DNA of 62,692 nucleotides from Vicinamibacteraceae bacterium (GTDB lineage Bacteria; Acidobacteriota; Vicinamibacteria; Vicinamibacterales; JAFNAJ01): NCBI GenBank assembly GCA_039812685.1, contig JBDIBB010000003.1, positions 1 to 62,692 of the forward strand, read 5' to 3'. Shown piece by piece: positions 60,790 to 62,692 of this stretch (position 1 is its first letter; each line of letters starts with the position of its first letter). The notes under the pieces were generated by a model. It saw only the letters and a program-made list of their open reading frames with translations, ran no database searches and was not told where the DNA came from. The position numbers and the translations under genes were made by a program.

Positions 60790-61093
60790 CCCATCATCCG
60801 GTTGCGGCAGGGACGACGAAGGGGCAATGCGCGCTGGCGGACGGAGGCCGGAGGGCTGGGCGGGGGCGGCCACCCGTCGCGGGGCATGGCGCCGGGCCGG
60901 CAGCCGACCAAGAGTTGCTTGACACCCTCATTACCCTTGGCGGGAACGCAGGCAAGAGCAGCGCGACGTCCCGCCATGGGTTGACCTCGGTGGACTCGTG
61001 GCCGACGACCGTGCAGCTGAGCGGGGCCTCACGAAGCCTCCTGGGCAGCCTCGCGTCCTCTCCAACCAGTGGGGCTGTTCCGCCCTCCTGCGC

Positions 61094-61099
61094 GATAAT
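61094..61099 (+). promoter_or_regulatory. -10-like hexamer GATAAT, 5 nt upstream of the endonuclease ATG (leaderless-type geometry)
   Basis: GATAAT-gactg-ATG, with no SD. Confidence 0.3.
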
Positions 61100-61104
61100 G
61101 ACTG

Positions 61105-61635
61105 ATGCCGCATCCGCTGGAGGCCAAGTACGGCCTGACGTCTGGAGAGCTTCTTGACGCGATCGACCGCCGATTCCGGCTGACGGTGGCGCTGGAAGGG
61201 GCGGTGGCGGAAGTGCACTTCGAACGGAAGATCCGGGTGGGAAGCCAGGAAGGCTGGATCGGCGAGTTCGAGACGCACGACACGGACGGGTCCCACGACT
61301 TCACGCTGTTCGCCAGGTCCGGCAGTCCAGTCCGGGTTGAGGTCAAGACGATCCGCAAGGGCGCCAAGCCGAAGGTAGAAGTCCAGAAGACGCGCAACGC
61401 CAAGGATGATCCGAGCAGCCGCCTCTACGCGGCCAACCAGTTCGATGTCCTCGCCGTGTGTATCGGACGGTTTACTGGAAACTGGACTGAGTTTCGGTAC
61501 GCGATCGCGGATCGGTTGCCTCGGCACAGGATTTACCCAAACAAGCTCAAGGTGATGCACGACGTGCCACTGGAGCCGACGGAAGGCACCGCGTGGTTCT
61601 CGCGGCTGCAGGAGGTCATCGATGAACTTGTCTAG
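61105..61635 (+). CDS. putative type II restriction endonuclease (PD-(D/E)XK fold), family not recognised
   Basis: 176 aa. Contains [10 protein letters not shown] ... [25 protein letters not shown] (D ... E-V-K arrangement). It overlaps the methyltransferase start by 14 nt. Confidence 0.55.
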   Translation: MPHPLEAKYGLTSGELLDAIDRRFRLTVALEGAVAEVHFERKIRVGSQEGWIGEFETHDTDGSHDFTLFARSGSPVRVEVKTIRKGAKPKVEVQKTRNAKDDPSSRLYAANQFDVLAVCIGRFTGNWTEFRYAIADRLPRHRIYPNKLKVMHDVPLEPTEGTAWFSRLQEVIDELV

Positions 61636-62566
61636 GACTCCGGTCTACGCGACGGATCTCGGGCAGGCGTTCTGCGCAGACAGCCTCGAACTGATGCGAG
61701 AACTGCCTCAGGAGTCCATCGATCTCGTCGTCACGAGTCCTCCCTACGCGCTGCACTTCAAGAAGGAGTACGGAAATGCGGACCAGAGTGAGTACGTTGA
61801 TTGGCTACTCCCGTTCGCTAGGGAGATTCGCCGGGTATTGAAGCCGTCAGGCTCTTTCATCCTCAATCTCGGTGGCGCATGGCAGCCCGGCGGCCCGATT
61901 CGCAGCCTGTATCACTTCCGTGTCGCCCTGGCCCTCTGCGACGAGTTGCAGTATTCGCTCGCGCAGGAGTTCTTCTGGTTCAATCCAGCGAAGATGCCTG
62001 CACCCGCCGAATGGGTCAACGTCCGCCGGATCCGCGTGAAGGACAGCGTCGAGTATCTCTTCTGGTTCGTGAAGGATCCGTTCGCAAAGGCCAACAACCG
62101 CAAGGTGCTACAGGCCTACAGCCCAGACATGAAACGACTGATCCGCCGCGGAATCAAGGCCACGACGCGGCCAAGCGGCCACGCCATCAAGGACACGTTC
62201 GCGACCGACCAGGGAGGGGCCATTCCTCCGAACCTCATCGAGTGCGGCAATAACGAGTCAAACTCGACGTACATCCGTGGAAGCAAAGCGGCGCGATCGA
62301 AGATCCACCCCGCCAGGTTCCCCGCGGAACTGCCGAGGTTCTTCATCGAGTTCCTGACGGACCCCGGCGATCTCGTGATGGATCCGTTCGCCGGCAGCAA
62401 CACCACGGGCGCTGTCGCCGAGAGTCTTCGGCGCCGCTGGCTGACGTGCGAGATCAACGAGGACTACGCTCAGGCCAGTAGACTCCGGTTCGAGGGAGCG
62501 CCGGAAGCGATCGCCGAGATGGCGGGTCAGCCCAGCCTGCTTGCCGGCGTCTTGACCAACGGATAG
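61622..62566 (+). CDS. N4-cytosine (beta-class) DNA methyltransferase, M.BamHI-like
   Basis: AGGAGG lies upstream of ATG 61622. Motif IV is DLVVTSPPY. Also contains KKEYGN...YVDWL, RPSGH and HPARFP. Motif [11 protein letters not shown], lies near the C-terminus (circularly permuted beta order). Confidence 0.85.
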   Translation: MNLSRTPVYATDLGQAFCADSLELMRELPQESIDLVVTSPPYALHFKKEYGNADQSEYVDWLLPFAREIRRVLKPSGSFILNLGGAWQPGGPIRSLYHFRVALALCDELQYSLAQEFFWFNPAKMPAPAEWVNVRRIRVKDSVEYLFWFVKDPFAKANNRKVLQAYSPDMKRLIRRGIKATTRPSGHAIKDTFATDQGGAIPPNLIECGNNESNSTYIRGSKAARSKIHPARFPAELPRFFIEFLTDPGDLVMDPFAGSNTTGAVAESLRRRWLTCEINEDYAQASRLRFEGAPEAIAEMAGQPSLLAGVLTNG

Positions 62567-62649
62567 CGAGGTTTTCCGCCAAGTCCTGGGCAAGAGAGGG
62601 CGGCTCACCAGGGTTGGGTGCACGTCAGGTTTGTGAGATGAGGGAGGTC

Positions 62650-62692
62650 ATGCGGCGACGCAGCGGGCGGCGCGCCGTTGCCAGAAGTCTTC
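62650..62692 (+). CDS. 5' end of an ORF running off the window (MRRRSGRRAVARSL...)
   Basis: ATG 62650 is preceded by GAGGGAGG. Only 14 codons are visible. Confidence 0.25.
   Translation, partial: MRRRSGRRAVARSL

Larger units (their letters stand above)
60900..62692. other. lower-GC segment containing the R-M genes (probable horizontally acquired island, right boundary outside the window)
   Basis: Hand counts give 35/60 GC at 60901-60960, 32/60 at 61741-61800 and 33/60 at 61801-61860. The count inside lhr is 47/60 at 60001-60060. Confidence 0.5.

Noticed and set aside
60931-61560. 209-aa minus-strand ORF antisense to the endonuclease gene and part of the lhr/R-M spacer.
   Set aside because: It has no motifs, and its composition is unlike the neighbouring genes. 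The plus-strand ORF has a PD-(D/E)XK-like pattern and is coupled to the methyltransferase.
1-62692. Searched by eye for CRISPR repeats, tRNA/rRNA genes, transposase/integrase genes, prophage genes and large direct repeats.
   Set aside because: None were found. The only repeats seen are the short intergenic ones reported above. tRNAscan, Infernal and ISfinder searches would be needed for certainty.

Overview
This is a 62.7-kb, very GC-rich bacterial chromosomal segment. Hand-counted 60-nt lines in typical genes are about 70-78% GC. The gene content includes a 1,063-aa TonB-dependent receptor with a carboxypeptidase-regulatory-like N-terminus, a TIGR02999-like ECF sigma factor and many exported hydrolases. 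That content suggests an Acidobacteriota-like soil bacterium, but this is inference only. I can support about 50 protein genes, tightly packed on both strands. Most are housekeeping or metabolic. They include heme A synthase, ALDH7-type dehydrogenase, rpmE, pdxH, the aguA/aguB polyamine route, a three-subunit molybdenum hydroxylase, a 2-oxoacid:ferredoxin oxidoreductase, an ADP-forming acyl-CoA synthetase, threonine aldolase, cyclophilin and HPF. There are two large DNA-repair helicase loci: an mrfA/mrfB-like pair and a full-length lhr. I saw no rRNA, tRNA, CRISPR array, transposase, integrase or phage gene. Three parts look accessory or unusual. (1) A lipoprotein carrying an RNase A-like CdiA-CT toxin domain is translationally coupled to a CdiI-type immunity gene, with no delivery scaffold nearby. 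(2) A lower-GC type II restriction-modification pair lies next to lhr: an unassigned 176-aa PD-(D/E)XK protein plus an M.BamHI-like N4-cytosine methyltransferase. (3) aguA is interrupted by one in-frame TAG. Non-coding observations are as follows. An inverted pair of heptamer-repeat arrays has an exact 16-nt copy 10.6 kb away. A good sigma-54 -24/-12 match lies upstream of the oxidoreductase operon. A/T-rich -10-like hexamers recur 5-14 nt upstream of start codons that lack a Shine-Dalgarno sequence. I did not find a clear-cut new multi-gene system. The toxin/immunity pair and the R-M island are the best candidates, and every family assignment is from motif recognition by eye, not from a database search.
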